A stretch of 64,000 bases of DNA from Octopus sinensis. Lineage: Eukaryota. A model generated the notes under the pieces. It was not told where the DNA came from, ran no database searches, and worked only from the letters and a program-made list of their open reading frames with translations. Below are positions 14,911-28,490 of the stretch, piece after piece. Both the position numbers and the translations under genes were made by a program. The stretch is taken from positions 150,474,001-150,538,000 of the forward strand of contig NC_042997.1 in NCBI RefSeq assembly GCF_006345805.1, given 5' to 3'. Position 1 is the first letter of the stretch. Each line of letters starts with the position of its first letter.

Positions 14911-17900
14911 GTACATATACATATTTAATACACCTACATATGTGTGTGTGTGTGTGCATGTGCATGCGTCAGTGTGTGCGAGTATGTGTGTGTTTCGGTG
15001 TTGAGGTGTATGTGTATGTTCGTGCGTTTCTCTGTGATCCTGGTTTACATCAGTTAACCGATCAGTTGATTCAGGGTTATGAGGGAATATGAAAACCCCC
15101 AAAACATAAATACATCGGTTATTTTTTTAAAGTGTTCAATTCACACTATATACTTTGTACCCCTAATATACTCCATATGTTTGTACTGTTCAATAATCAT
15201 TTAACTTTATTACGGGAAACAATTTGCCGGCGTTAAACTTCAATTTTTTTCTTAAAACATTATAGCTATATATTAAACCACACGTGATATACATATACAA
15301 ATTGAAAAGAGAAGTTCAACATTCGCCGACAAAAAGAAAACTCACTGTGGGAAAATAAACTCAACTAATACTACTTGTTCAATAGTTAGAACATCGTGAC
15401 TCAACCTGCAGTTCATATTAGATGAAGTTTACATTCATCAAATGTGCCTCGTACCAAATTAGCATTATGTACTGACACATCTATTCAAGACGAATAATAC
15501 TGTGTTAATGAAAATCTATCATGGAACAATGCTTCACTAAAATGATGCCGACATTTTTTCTCGCTCGACAGCATATTACTTACAATGTAGAAGACATGCA
15601 GTAAAGAAAATTCATACGGCTTGCATAACGATGATAACATAACTAAGTTGTAAGTGCCTGATGAAATTTAGATCTATATCAAATCATGCATTTGATATAC
15701 AGCTTAAGATGGAGATTGTTCTGTATAATTCTTTTATTTTTCTTCGAAAATATCATAGTTTAAAACATAACCAACTGGTAACGTATTAGGATTAAAAACT
15801 GCATGGTCTAGGAAATCACACCATCTAATAGAAATGTCAACCAAATCTCCCAGGAATTACATCTTCCGTGATAGGGATTGGTAGATCACGACTGGGAAGT
15901 CTACGACCATTGACCAGCTCGATCGATGAAAGCCGACTCGTAGTTAAACAATAAGAAAAAACAATGAAACATGTGCATTATTACGGAGATGGAATAAAGA
16001 TTTTTGAAAATTTTCAGCCAGTTAACAAATGTATATTCTTGTCGAAGTTTATTGTCGACAACGGCGAGTGAGTTAGCATTAATTGTATCGAATTTGAGGC
16101 CAGGAAATATTAATTTGATATTGGTAGGATGTGAACGCGGAGCATAGAGATACAAAACGAGATGTTGCATTACATTCAGTCAATATTCTAAATTTGTCTG
16201 CCACTACTGAACTTGAGTTTAACTGAAGCAAGAAACATAATTTACGAAAATAATCGTCTTACAGACTAAATTTAGAGTAGAATTGACCATTATTCGTATC
16301 ATATGTATATGGGAGTAGAAGACATCTTACTCCATATTTCTTTCTTTCAAATTACATAGTATTTTCTTTACCCTTCCCCCAACTATCATTATTTATCCTA
16401 AATTTACTTGCACTCCAGCCAAAATGTTTTGAAGATATCCTAAAAGAAATGGCATAAGAATCAAATTACGGTTACTTATCATCAAAGGCAGACATTTGAA
16501 ACGTCCTTATCTTCAGAATGGCGAACAGAGTAGTATGTGCTATAAAAGATTTCTGCCATATGCCTTGGGAAGATACCTACTCAATAAAAACCTCTTAAAC
16601 ATTTGAAATGTTTGCTGCTTCAAATGTGGTCAGAAATGTCAGTTCTCTAACTTTAGTATCGCTCGCAGACATAACCTAAACAGAAAATAAAACTTCATGT
16701 CCAACTGAATGTCTGGTTTTGACAATTAAGAGTTCTATCTTATACATATTAAGGTGATAAATTATCGGCAAAACTCTGATAGAGATTCGGTTATCTCATT
16801 GTAGCTTTCTCACTTACTAAATAATTCATCCGTACTATCGAACACGGCCACGTATTTAAAGTCAAGATGAATGAGCTTTTGTGATGTTCATGCTTTTCTA
16901 ACTGCCACTTATCGTGAACTATAAATCGGAAATGTAACAAGTTTCCATTCCCAGCGCATAACAAAACTATAACTCCATGTACGGTGCTCATCAATCATTT
17001 ATTAAAATTAACAAATAACCGTAGTATCATAATTCTAATCCCTCATCTTTCATGACTCGTAGCGTCAACTATAGATTTCTTTTATTGTTTTTCGCACAAT
17101 CTATTTTAAAAATTTGAATTGTTTCTTTTAAAATAATCTTTATTTGTGACACCTTTCTGTACAATGAAGAAATAAAAAGGAACTGATGATAGTACGAAGC
17201 ATCTAATGGGGGACTGTATTTCATAGTTTAAATCAACTTCTTTTATATGATTCATACTGTTACGAATTTAAAAAAAAACATAGATTGATTTTAGTAATTT
17301 ATATCAACGTTTGTGTTTTCATATACCACCAAAATGATATGCACGAGTTCCTAATCAAAATTCAGGTGGGCATATTATTCGTTGTAGATAGATAATAATG
17401 ACTTTTCCAAATCTATGACAAAGTATATATATTAGCGTATAAAAAATACAGCTTACACACATGTCTGTATAAGTGGAAGTCCATTGTGGGAAATGTTTTA
17501 TAAATTTCTTCAAGGATACGTAGATGCGTAATAACCCATATGTCACCAATGTCACAAGGCGCTATGGCAATGTAGAATAAACCTGTTTATTAGAATCTTT
17601 GCCAGTATCAGTTTGCCTCATGTGCACAAGTTATATAATAATGTCTTCTAGAGAACTAATGAGAAGAGATTTAATCCAGAAAAATAAACGTGAACGATAT
17701 TATAATATTAGCTACTGTGTGTGAAACCGTTCTTCTTTTATGTAAAGTTCCCAGTTTTCCTAGTATTAGTGTTAATTTTGTTTCAAATATACAATGTGCA
17801 TTCCAGAACTTTTATCACGTTTTCAAGAGTTACTACAATCTTTTTCAATGTACTTGTTATAGATCTCCAGCCACATCCTGAAAGACAATATTGGGGCCCT

Positions 17901-18420
17901 TCAAACCGATGATGTCCAGGACCCTTTTCACAACCCCCTTCATCTTCTCAGTGTCTTCAAAATGACTGTCCCTGTTGTACTACTTTAATTTGAGAAATAA
18001 ATTAATGTTATTTGGAACAAGAACGAGAGGGTAGGAAAGGTGAAGGGCAATTCTGATGTCCATGTTTGGGAAGTAGTTGGTTACCAAGATGTAATTGTAG
18101 AGTAGATCACTATCCTGCTGCAGGTGCATCTGATCCGAGTAAAAGAGCTCTGGCCTTTGTTACAGCCGTATCCTTCAATCTGGAATAGAAGAGTTGGCAA
18201 GTCAGCTTATTAGAACTATAAGAATACTATACTTAATTATAATTATCCATGACATTTATAATTGCACCACTTAAAATAGTCACACATCTTGAGGAATCAC
18301 CCCGTATTCGTCCTCTGTATTAGCCAGATTATTTATTTTACAAATAAAGGCGCACACATTATATATATATATTATACACACCGAACACAAACACACGCAC
18401 ATACACATATACATATTTTT

Positions 18421-18616
18421 TCTTTTATTCTTTTATTTGTTACAGTCATTTGACTGCGGCCCAGCTGGAGCACCGCATATAGTCGAACAATTCTTATTTT
18501 TTTGTAAGCCTAGTACTTATTCTAACGGTCTCTTTTTCGGAACAGCTAGGTTACGGGGACTTAAACATACCAACGTCACTAGTGAAGCGATGGTGGAGTG
18601 ACAAACTCAGACGCAA

Positions 18617-18656
<40 letters not shown>

Positions 18657-18681
18657 ACACACACACACACACACACAACAA

Positions 18682-18738
<57 letters not shown>

Positions 18739-18902
18739 CGATAGGCTTCTTTCAGTTTCCGTTTACCAAATCCACTTTCAAGGCTTTGGCCGTCCTGAGA
18801 CTACAGTAGAAGACACTTGTCGAAGGTACCACGCAGGGGAACTGAACCGGAACCATGTGGTTGGTAAGAAAGCTGCTTAACACACAGCCACTACTGCGCC
18901 TA
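18421..18902 (-). mobile_element. SINE family A with expanded internal (CA)n(TA)n
   Basis: Reverse complement of 14356-14757, with an internal microsatellite of ~120 nt at ~18618-18738. Confidence 0.88.
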
Positions 18903-18926
18903 CCCTCCCCCATATTATATATATCG

Positions 18927-18958
<32 letters not shown>

Positions 18959-18984
18959 TATATATATAATATATATATATAATA

Positions 18985-19168
18985 CTCGTGTATAACCAGC
19001 CGAATTTGCAATGATAATCTGCAACTCGACTGAGGGTAGAAAACTCCGAATGATCCGTCCTTATTTTCGTTGTATCGTCTGTCTGGATATTTTGTTGTCT
19101 CTTTTTTTTTGTTGTTGTTTCACCTAACTGTCTGGATGTTTTGCGTTCTTGTCCCATTTTTGTATTAT

Positions 19169-19170
<2 letters not shown>
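18985..19170 (+). repeat. Dispersed repeat shared with 46636-46770
   Basis: TAACCAGCCGAA(T/A)TTGCAA...CTGAGG..AGAAAACTCCGAATGA(T/C)CCGTCCTT...TTGTATCGTCT.TCTGGAT...TTGTATTATA occurs at both sites; both copies adjoin (TA)n. Confidence 0.8.
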
Positions 19171-19208
<38 letters not shown>

Positions 19209-19371
19209 GTATGTGTGTGTGAGTGTGTGTGTGTGTTTGTGTGCGTATATATATATATATATATATACGTGCGTGTGTGTAATATTATTAAGTAGAATAT
19301 ATAAGGAATATGAATTTTAATATTCATCCATATTCATATATTCTTACACATACACACTAAGGAAATCACAG

Positions 19372-19402
<31 letters not shown>

Positions 19403-19986
19403 ACATATAATTACAAACTTATACGCATGCGTCTATACTCTACCTACTGACGTCCATCCATCCATCCATACATAAATACATCCATATAAATGTACATTCT
19501 TATATATATATATATTATATATATATATATATCCTTGAATGCAATCACAGAAGTATCAGTGCTTGTTTTTCATAAGCTGATTTCTTTCAAAGCTGCACTT
19601 AATGACCGCTTTAAGTGTAAATATTTTTGGCCTAAAAACTAATTTCATTGTATAATAGACATGTACTTTTACTTCAATAATATTTATAATAGTTATGATA
19701 TTTTATATCATTTTTTTGTTGTTGTTGCAACTATTGATGAATTTAAAGAGTAATTTTATTGTTTCTTCTTGTCATTCTTTTCCTCGTGATTCTTTTTTGT
19801 TCTTAATGTAATTTGTAATGGAGATATTGCTTTTTTTATGGTTTTAATGATTATATTAGTTTTTTTATTGTGTGTAGTCTTTCGGTACTGTAAATCATTT
19901 AGCTGATTAATTTTGTTATTCTTATAATAATCATCATTATTAGTATTATTATTAGTAGTATTGTTATTATTAACGCAGTTGTCGCT

Positions 19987-20190
19987 GTTAAGGCGGCGAG
20001 CTTGCAGAAGTGTTAGCATGGCGCGCAGAATGCTTAGCAGCGTTTTGTCCGTCTTTCTACGTTCAAATTCCTCCAAGGCCGATTTCGTCTTTCATCGTCT
20101 CCGGTTCGATATAATAGGGACCAGTTTAGCACTGTAGTCGTTGTATTCGACTTAACCCGCCCTGAAAATTGCTGGCCTTGTGCCAATATC
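19987..20190 (+). mobile_element. tRNA-derived SINE family C followed by a trinucleotide tail
   Basis: AAGGCGGCGAGCTTGCAGAAGTGTTAGCA...GTTCAAATTCC...CTTTCATC...GCTGGCCTTGTGCCAA; homologous to 24320-24510 and 53548-53720. Confidence 0.8.
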
Positions 20191-20214
20191 TGAAACCATA
20201 ATTAATATTGTGAT

Positions 20215-20279
20215 TGTTATTGTTGTCAGTGTCGTCGTCCTCATTATCATTATTATTATCATCATCACTACCATCATCG

Positions 20280-20338
<59 letters not shown>

Positions 20339-20360
20339 TTCATCATAATCATCATCATCT
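20215..20360. repeat. (ATT/GTC/CAT)n trinucleotide repeat
   Basis: Long pure (CAT)n core at ~20280-20337; yields spurious poly-D, poly-M and poly-I ORFs. Confidence 0.95.
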
Positions 20361-21066
20361 TTACGATCTTCATATATGTTGTGTAATTTGCTGAAGCGCG
20401 TTATATTTAGTTCCATCACTTGGGTTTCTAAAGTCCAATGATACCTCGACCTAGTCTAGTCTTCATCCTCTGGCATCACCGTGAAAAACAGTATCACATA
20501 GGAAATGGATTCGATTTAACCGAATTTATTAAAGCAGCATATTCCTGGACTTGTTACTATATCAGAAATAAGTATATGTCTCAGTAGAATCCTTTTGGTA
20601 AACCAGCGTCCATTTTTCATGTAGATCCTTTATAGTTCTAAGTTCAAATCTTATTAAGGAGGGCTTAGCTTTTTATGTTTACTAGCGTCAATAAAATAGC
20701 AATCCATCAAGTTCTTTGGATAATTTTATCATCTTCTGCTTCTTCTTTATATTTGCTATAGCACCAGTATAAAAAATTGGTTGAGCGCTAAAACATCAAA
20801 TAAAATATCGCGCTGTTTTTATTTCAAATTACATTCTGATTTTAACCCCGACATCTGATACCGTGTTTCACAATCGGTAAATTTAGTGTCTGTGAAATGC
20901 TGGTTTTAAATTATTCGATTGTCAGCATTTTTTTAAATAATTGAAGCCTTATGGGTGTTTCGGATAATTGTGAGCATCAAAATCATACTGTAGGCACTTG
21001 TGCAATGTCGAGCAGCTGTTTTCTCTCATAGAACTGATTCGGTTCTCGCCGAATCACCGATGACAA

Positions 21067-23520
21067 CACTGAGCAAAAACAAAAAAAGTAAATAAATAAA
21101 TTAATTAAATTATTATCTGCTACCCAGACAAATGTTGCTGTATTAAACTAAATCGAGTTAGCTAATTCCGAATCTGAACTCAGAATTGCTTTAGCAAATT
21201 AGGATTTTGTGTTATGCGCATAATAATATATTTATACTATATTAGTATCAGGTATAGCTACGTTCAAGGTAACTAATTATCATTATAGTATATCTATGTT
21301 CAAGGCAAATAGTGTTATAATGTAATGGTACATAGTATATTTATGTTAAAGGAATATTCACTTTGTTTTTTATATGCTCATCTCAGAAATATTTGCCACT
21401 TACCCTTGCGCTTATACGTCGTGCTAGCCTCCCCTTGTAGGAACGAGCAGTAGTCAACCATCATGTGTGGATTGAACCGGCCTTGATACCTCGTTTCAAT
21501 CTCAGATATGTTCTGATGGAACCTCTCACCTTGCTCATCACTAACAGCACAAAGATTCGTTGGAAGAAATGGAGATGAATATGCAAGAAGTGTATTTTAA
21601 GGAACATACAGCATCCGATTCTTTGATACGCTGTTCGCATGTTGTTTATTAGATCAGCATAGTTGTCAGCTCTATGATTTCCAAGAAACTTCTGTACAAC
21701 TAACACGATCCAACCCCATGCCATCAGCACAACTGGATTCAGTTTCTCTCTGAATGTGCTATCAGACATCAATTCTCTCATCTCGGGTCAAATGAAAATG
21801 CCTGCTTTCAGTTCTGCGTCACATTTCTCGGCACCATTTTTTTCTTTTAGAAACTGGAAGCTATAATCTTCGTGTTGCTGTTATGAAGCTTTCCCTGGTG
21901 CCGTGTTTGATGTGAAGGAGTAGAGGGAAGATCTTTTGCAATGGCATATACAGCACGTTGTACCGACCAATTATACACTCATCTCTTATAGGCCAGTCTT
22001 TTACAGTGTAAATATTTCTGTCGTTATAGCTAATCAAAATACATGAGAAGCTGCAGTTCTAGAAGGAAGGAAATCACATTTAAATAACCGCAAATATTCC
22101 ACTAATGAACTTTCAGAATAAGTTCCATCGATTTATAAGTTGCTTCCATACCGACAACATGACACACAGAAATGGAAGATATTTCATTACCATTATATAA
22201 CAACAGTTTTGAGGCTAACCTTACTCGACTCTATACACAAACTCCAATCGTTAGACACATGCACGTGTCCTAATTTTTGCATGGACGCATTAACGTGAGT
22301 ACAGAATCAAGCCTTATTTTATTTCTTGGTAAAGACGCATATGTTTCATGGCGAGAACAGAAATGGAAATTTTCGTACCATGCTGTAGGAGATTCCGTTG
22401 CTGTAGTCTGGATCTCCAAACTTCTGCCTTCTCCTTTGACAACACTAGGTCTATTACTAAATCGTTCAAATCCTTTTCATTAAACAAGCATTGCTCATTT
22501 TTCTTAGAATCAACTACGTACTCTTCGTCGATAGGAGAATCAGCGAGTTCATCATGCTACATGTCAAGGTCTTCAAGTAAATCATGTGAGAGGGAAAATA
22601 GGACAGTTTCTCGAAGTCATGTGCGTGAGACCGTTTTAGAGCCGACTTACACAAATTTTAGTTTGGTTTTCTTTGAGACACCACTAATATTAGTCATGCA
22701 AAGGTAATAAACAGAAACATGTTATGGATTGGCTCACGCCATGACATTGTTACAGCAAAAAGCATTACGTTCCGTTTTCCATTCAGCCACTGTGTAAGCT
22801 CTGAGTAACACACGGTGCAGCATATATGAGGTGCACACCTGTTGTCTTGGTCCACAACTTTACACACGAAGTAATATTTACAGGCAGTTTGTAATTTGGT
22901 GGCAATGCTTTTCTGCTGGTCACGCTGAGCAAATTCTCCACAGGCATAACAAAAGTTTTGGGTGATTTACACAGCATCTCCTATTCATGATCTAACACAC
23001 TGAACACAGTTAAAACGGTAATCACGCAGAGCGAGTGATATACACACCACACGTGACAGTAGAGCAGACATTGAGAGTTACCAAACACAACTGACGTATT
23101 TGGTGTTTCCACACAATATGTCAGCGCCATTTATATAATGAACTTTCTCATCGTTTGTTTTATTGCTGTTATTTCTTAAATCTTGAATTAAGATTGCTTT
23201 CACTTTAGCAAATTTCATAATACTGCCTATATCTAGCCGAAAGTATAGTTATAATCTTGCGCATGCGCATATCTCAAGATCCGCGCCGCTAGAACAATTC
23301 TGAGTGAAGATACAGAAACAGCATCCTCGATTTAGTCTAAAACACAACCTTTTACCCCAGTAGCAAAACCTTTGTTTTCCAGTGCAGCTGATGGTTAGAT
23401 AGGCAGATTTCCTATTAGTTGTTGCTATCGTAGAACAACGTGCATGCCAGATGAGGCTGATGATACGAAGGACTGATAACTTCTTGTTTGATGAAATTTG
23501 CATAGTTTTTATTTTTGTGA
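21067..23520 (-). mobile_element. Decayed DNA transposon with fragmented DDE transposase, probably Chapaev (CMC superfamily) type
   Basis: Minus-strand fragments in the expected order: RRCCVNHPKLFCYACG, APHICCTVC and WREP (~22975-22730); KDLNDLVIDLVLSKEKAEVWRSRLQQRNLL (~22480-22380); DWSLCIESSKVSLK; WNICG; LLLHIKHG; AGIFI-PEMRELMSDSTF...FLGNHRADNY...LKIHFLHIHLHFF (21781-21461). Possible TIRs: CACTGAGCAAAAACAAAAA at 21067 and a decayed TTTTTATTTTTGTGAG at ~23505-23520. The family name is recalled from consensus motifs, not from a search. Confidence 0.8.
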
Positions 23521-24319
23521 GATTTGGAAAAGTGAAAATGGCTTGAGAGGAGCTATTCTCCGGTAATTTTACATTGCATAAGAGAAACTAGGTTACAGTT
23601 TGTGTCCTTGGTGATCAGGGATAACCACTATTTGTGCATTTGATAAGTCATAGTCAGGGGCTCTCTGTAATCTGGTGTTGTGCTTTATTCATATATTAAC
23701 ATATTTTTATACTGTTCATTCCGCATATCGTTCTTTTTTAAAACCTGAGCAATCTTACATAAAACCACCATAAATTGTAATTTGCCATTCTTGTAACATC
23801 CGGCTTATCTGAACTCCGTATTATAAAAAAATCTTCATCGTCATCATCATAATTATTATTATTGTCATTATTATCAATTTTATCGAATTATCTACTTCTG
23901 TTGGAAAATTTCTTTCCCATTTAATTTCAAATCTTTACATTCTGGTTTCCAATCTTGACGAGATCAACCGTGTCTTTTATTTTGTCAAGATCGATTCGAT
24001 ATTCTTAATCGAGTTCTTCGGTTGATGTAATGGACTCACAATATCCCTACGAAATCATTGGCTTTCTGCGTAAATTAGAAATTCTTATTGTGGATTATGG
24101 TTTCCCAAAATATTTAGAAAGCCTGAAAAATGGTTTGCTGGGCTGGATATATTCCGGTTCTTATATTAGAATCTCGGTGAGATCCGCGTTACATTTTTTC
24201 TTCTCCAAAGTCGATTGAGTAGAGAAACATTCGAGTTCTACAATCGGTGCAATCGACTAACGACTGACCCAACGCCTTCAAAGTACTGGCTTTTGATTAA
24301 ATTAGAAATCAAAGAGATG

Positions 24320-24510
24320 ATCTGGCAAGTTTGTAAGCAAGCCGGGAAAAATGCTTAGCAGCATTTTGTCCGTAATTACGTTCTGATTACAAATTCCGCT
24401 GTGCTCCACTTTGTCTTTCATCATTCCGGGGTCGATAAAATAGGTACTAGTTGATTTATGCAATGCACTTAATTCCCTCTAAAACTGTTGGGTATGTGAT
24501 TAAATTGGAA
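24320..24510 (+). mobile_element. SINE family C, decayed
   Basis: AAAATGCTTAGCAGCATTTTGTCCGT...AAATTCCGCTG...CTTTCATCATTCCGGGGTCGATAAAATAGGTAC matches 19987-20190. Confidence 0.75.
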
Positions 24511-24535
24511 ACCAAAATTATATATGTATATATGC

Positions 24536-24572
<37 letters not shown>

Positions 24573-24594
24573 CATACATACATACATACATACA

Positions 24595-24625
<31 letters not shown>

Positions 24626-25376
24626 GTGTGTATGTGTGTGTGTGTGAGTGTGTGCAAGGTTGAACAACAGAAAGGGATATAACCACATATAAAAACTGGA
24701 ATTGATCTGGAGCTCTCATTGCACTGCTAAATCAAAAAAAAAACAACAACCTTGCAGTCCTATATTTGTATCATCTTTATGTTATGCTATTCACTTTGCC
24801 CCTTTATTCGCCTTTCTATTTTACTTACTCTTCTGTTATATTTGTTTATAGATTCTTTATCTTTTTTTCTTCAGAGAAATGGGGTCGCATAGTATGGCGA
24901 CTGAGAAGCGTGACACGCACTTCGAAATAGTCTCAGATCATGGCTAGTGTTTATTTATACTTCATTTGCTTAGAACTAGGTTTGGTTTAGGATAGAGGAA
25001 CACGTGCAATATTCACTAACAGTTCAATTTATTCTTAGGATTTACGTTGTTTTGTTTATTTTGGTCATTTAATTTATACATATAGTTTTTATGTTCTTTT
25101 CCCTCAGCCATTCCCTTGTATAAACATATGTGCGTGTAGATATGCGATTATACGGTTGTGTATGAGACTGCATACAATATATAAGATTGTGTGTGTGTGT
25201 GAGTTTGTGTGTGCCCCCGCATGTACTGTGTGTTTGTGTGTGTGTGTGGTGTGTACATGTGTGTCTATCGAGGATTTTACGTATCAATGTATCCGCGTAA
25301 AATAACATTCTGTCATGTATGTGTATGTGAGCGTTCACGCGCATACATGCATAAATGCATATGTATATTATATATA

Positions 25377-25419
<43 letters not shown>

Positions 25420-25476
25420 TTATACATATTCATGTATATGTATATATACATATAAATACACACACACACACACACA

Positions 25477-25560
<84 letters not shown>

Positions 25561-25711
25561 ATATATATGTATATATATATATGGTGTGTGTGTGTGTGTA
25601 TATATATCAGAGAGTACTAACATGTACCGTCTGATATATTTATCAATATACACACATAGCTCTATACATCCATACAACACACACACTTATGCACACAGAA
25701 ATAGAAATACG

Positions 25712-25725
25712 GATAGATAGATAGT

Positions 25726-25759
<34 letters not shown>

Positions 25760-25760
25760 T

Positions 25761-25852
<92 letters not shown>
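25712..25852. repeat. (GATA)n microsatellite, ~35 units
   Basis: Directly visible. Confidence 0.95.
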
Positions 25853-25853
<1 letters not shown>

Positions 25854-26676
25854 CAGGATATTGGAGTGTGCATTTAAGACTGAAGCCCCTGCGGGAAAAC
25901 CAAAATAAACATTGGGGATACGAAAGAGGTTCTCAAAAAAAAATTGTGGTAATAGTTTTTGATCTCTGTTTTCATTCTATGACGAATATTTTTTTTGCTT
26001 TTATTGTTCTCGGATTTTTTTCTGATATTATTTTCTAAAGAAAACTGATATAGTTTCCTTCCTAAAAGAGATAAGTAGTTGAGATAAGAATACATCAATA
26101 AATTTAAGCCACTGTGCGATGTTTCTTTTTTTCCCCCTTGAATGAACGAATGTATTTCATGACCTGTCCCTCTTCGACGTGTGTGTCTTAGTTGTTCGAC
26201 CAACAAAAACAACTACTTATGTATGAGTGTTCCATACATATGTATATTCGCAATGTATTCCTTAAGAATATACTGAATCAGCCGAATACTCGGTCTTGTA
26301 GCAGCATACGTTTTATGTGTCTCCATTGAGTTTCTATCAAATAAATTTAATTAAAAAAGATTTAATTAGGTCAACACTGAGTTCCAGTTAAAGACTTTTA
26401 CCGAAGTTGTAGCGAGTTGAAACAATGTTGGGGATCACGATTGTCATTTGAACTGCTAAACACCTAATGCATGGTCTATATGTAAGTGGCAAATGAACAG
26501 AGATATTAAGTGAAAGCAAACTTTTAACGCTTGTGTTGCTACAAGTAATGAAAATGGAATTTTTTTATATGCTTAGAGGCCTCTGTGTACAAGCGCAGAA
26601 ACATATATCTGGATATACTTACAGTCATATACACGCATGCATGCATACATCCATGAACACAAATACATACTCACAA

Positions 26677-26741
<65 letters not shown>

Positions 26742-26743
<2 letters not shown>

Positions 26744-27180
26744 GGCCGAGGCGTTGCTATGTGGTAAGAAGTTTGCTTCTCAGCCAATGGTCCCAGGTTC
26801 GCTTCCGCTGTGTGGAAACTTGGGACTGTGTCTTTTACTACACCCTCGTTCAGACCAATCCTTGAGAGTGGATTTAGTTCATAAAACTAGAAGACCGTCG
26901 GGTATATATGTGTATCTATTCATATATGTTGGGTGGGTGCCTGTGTGTACGCGTGCGTGTATGTGTGTCTTTGCATCAGTGTTTTTTCTCTATCATCGCT
27001 TACTAAACGGTGTTGGTGTGTTTCAATCCCCGTAATCTGGCTTTTCAGTAAAAGAGAGAAATAGAATAAGTGCAAAACCTAAGATAAAAACAATAAAAGA
27101 CTGCTCTACTAATGTTCTTCAAGACAGTATCCCAGCATGGCTGTCGTCTAATGATTGATATATGTAAACGAACAAAGAGA
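26742..27180 (+). mobile_element. SINE family A, diverged
   Basis: ATAGGCCGAGGCGTTGCTATGTGGTAAGAAG...GAGTGGATTT...internal microsatellite...GATAGAATAAGT-like block...CCCAGCATGGC; same layout as the other copies. Confidence 0.75.
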
Positions 27181-27185
27181 TAAAT

Positions 27186-27222
<37 letters not shown>

Positions 27223-27360
27223 TAATCATAGTATATATCCTATTTAACACGATATTCATATATATAAACAAATTGACTGAATAATGATGACCCAAGCCTC
27301 CGTAACTTAAATGATGAGCTTACACGCCGTAACTCACAAGACTTCTGGTTGTTTATAAAT

Positions 27361-27403
<43 letters not shown>

Positions 27404-28188
27404 ATTACTGCGAGGATATATACCTCTTAAAGGGATATAATTTTGTAAATATCAATGTATTCCTCGGATATTATATTTTAAATCTCATTATTATTATAAA
27501 AAAATTGACAACGTAGAATACAGATACCGTATCATAATAAGTAGATCGAATTCGTCATGGTCACGTGGTACACGATGAACAATAACTGTTATTAATAGTA
27601 TAAATTATATTTATTACAAATTAGTCATTGATTGTTAAAACTAGCTGTAATGACTAAGTGATTGAAAATAATTATTAGGTAATTAAAAAGCTATACTGGC
27701 ATTTAATACTCTCATAAGTAATAATGTAAATATAGAATAATTGTTTTTTACTTACCGGTGACTAACTGTATCGCAAATATTTAAGTAATCTAATGGTTCC
27801 TTTCTTTATCAAATATATTAGCACGCACACGCACACAAATACAATAAAAAGGAAAACAATAATAAAACAAAATTGCATATACATAAGTAACAGTATTAAA
27901 AAGCATTAACAAGCACACGCGCACATATCTGAATTTAATGCTGGGTCTACCAACGATCACTCGACTCATTCAGATGTAATTCCTCTTTATGTCAGTTTCT
28001 AAACCTGATGAAATGTTCAAATTAACTATATTCAAAATGCGTCTTTAATTTGATTATTTATTTGTGATCCGCAATTGATTAAGCATGGAAATTGTTGTAA
28101 GTTATGAGAAATTGATGTTATTCGAAATCGGAGTTGTTTTAATAAATTGATGGCTATCTGTCGATTTCTCCATTTTGTTTTTTTTTCT

Positions 28189-28189
<1 letters not shown>

Positions 28190-28244
<55 letters not shown>

Positions 28245-28312
28245 TATATATATTATATATATATATATATATATAATATATATTATATATATGTATATAT
28301 ATATGTATATAT

Positions 28313-28344
<32 letters not shown>

Positions 28345-28490
28345 GTATTATATATATATGTATATATATATATAAATATATATACATATATATATTATAT
28401 GTATGTATGTATGTATATACGTGTGTGTATGTCTATAAATGTATGTATTATGTACGTGTATATGTATATGTGTGTGTGTGTCAGTGTGTG
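28190..28490. repeat. Interrupted (TA)n/(TG)n microsatellite
   Basis: Directly visible. Confidence 0.95.

Noticed and set aside
27988-28048. CTGATGA...TATTCAAAATGCGTC, possibly a CpG-decayed HHR
   Set aside because: Needs at least three corrections and lacks stem I; cannot be separated from chance.
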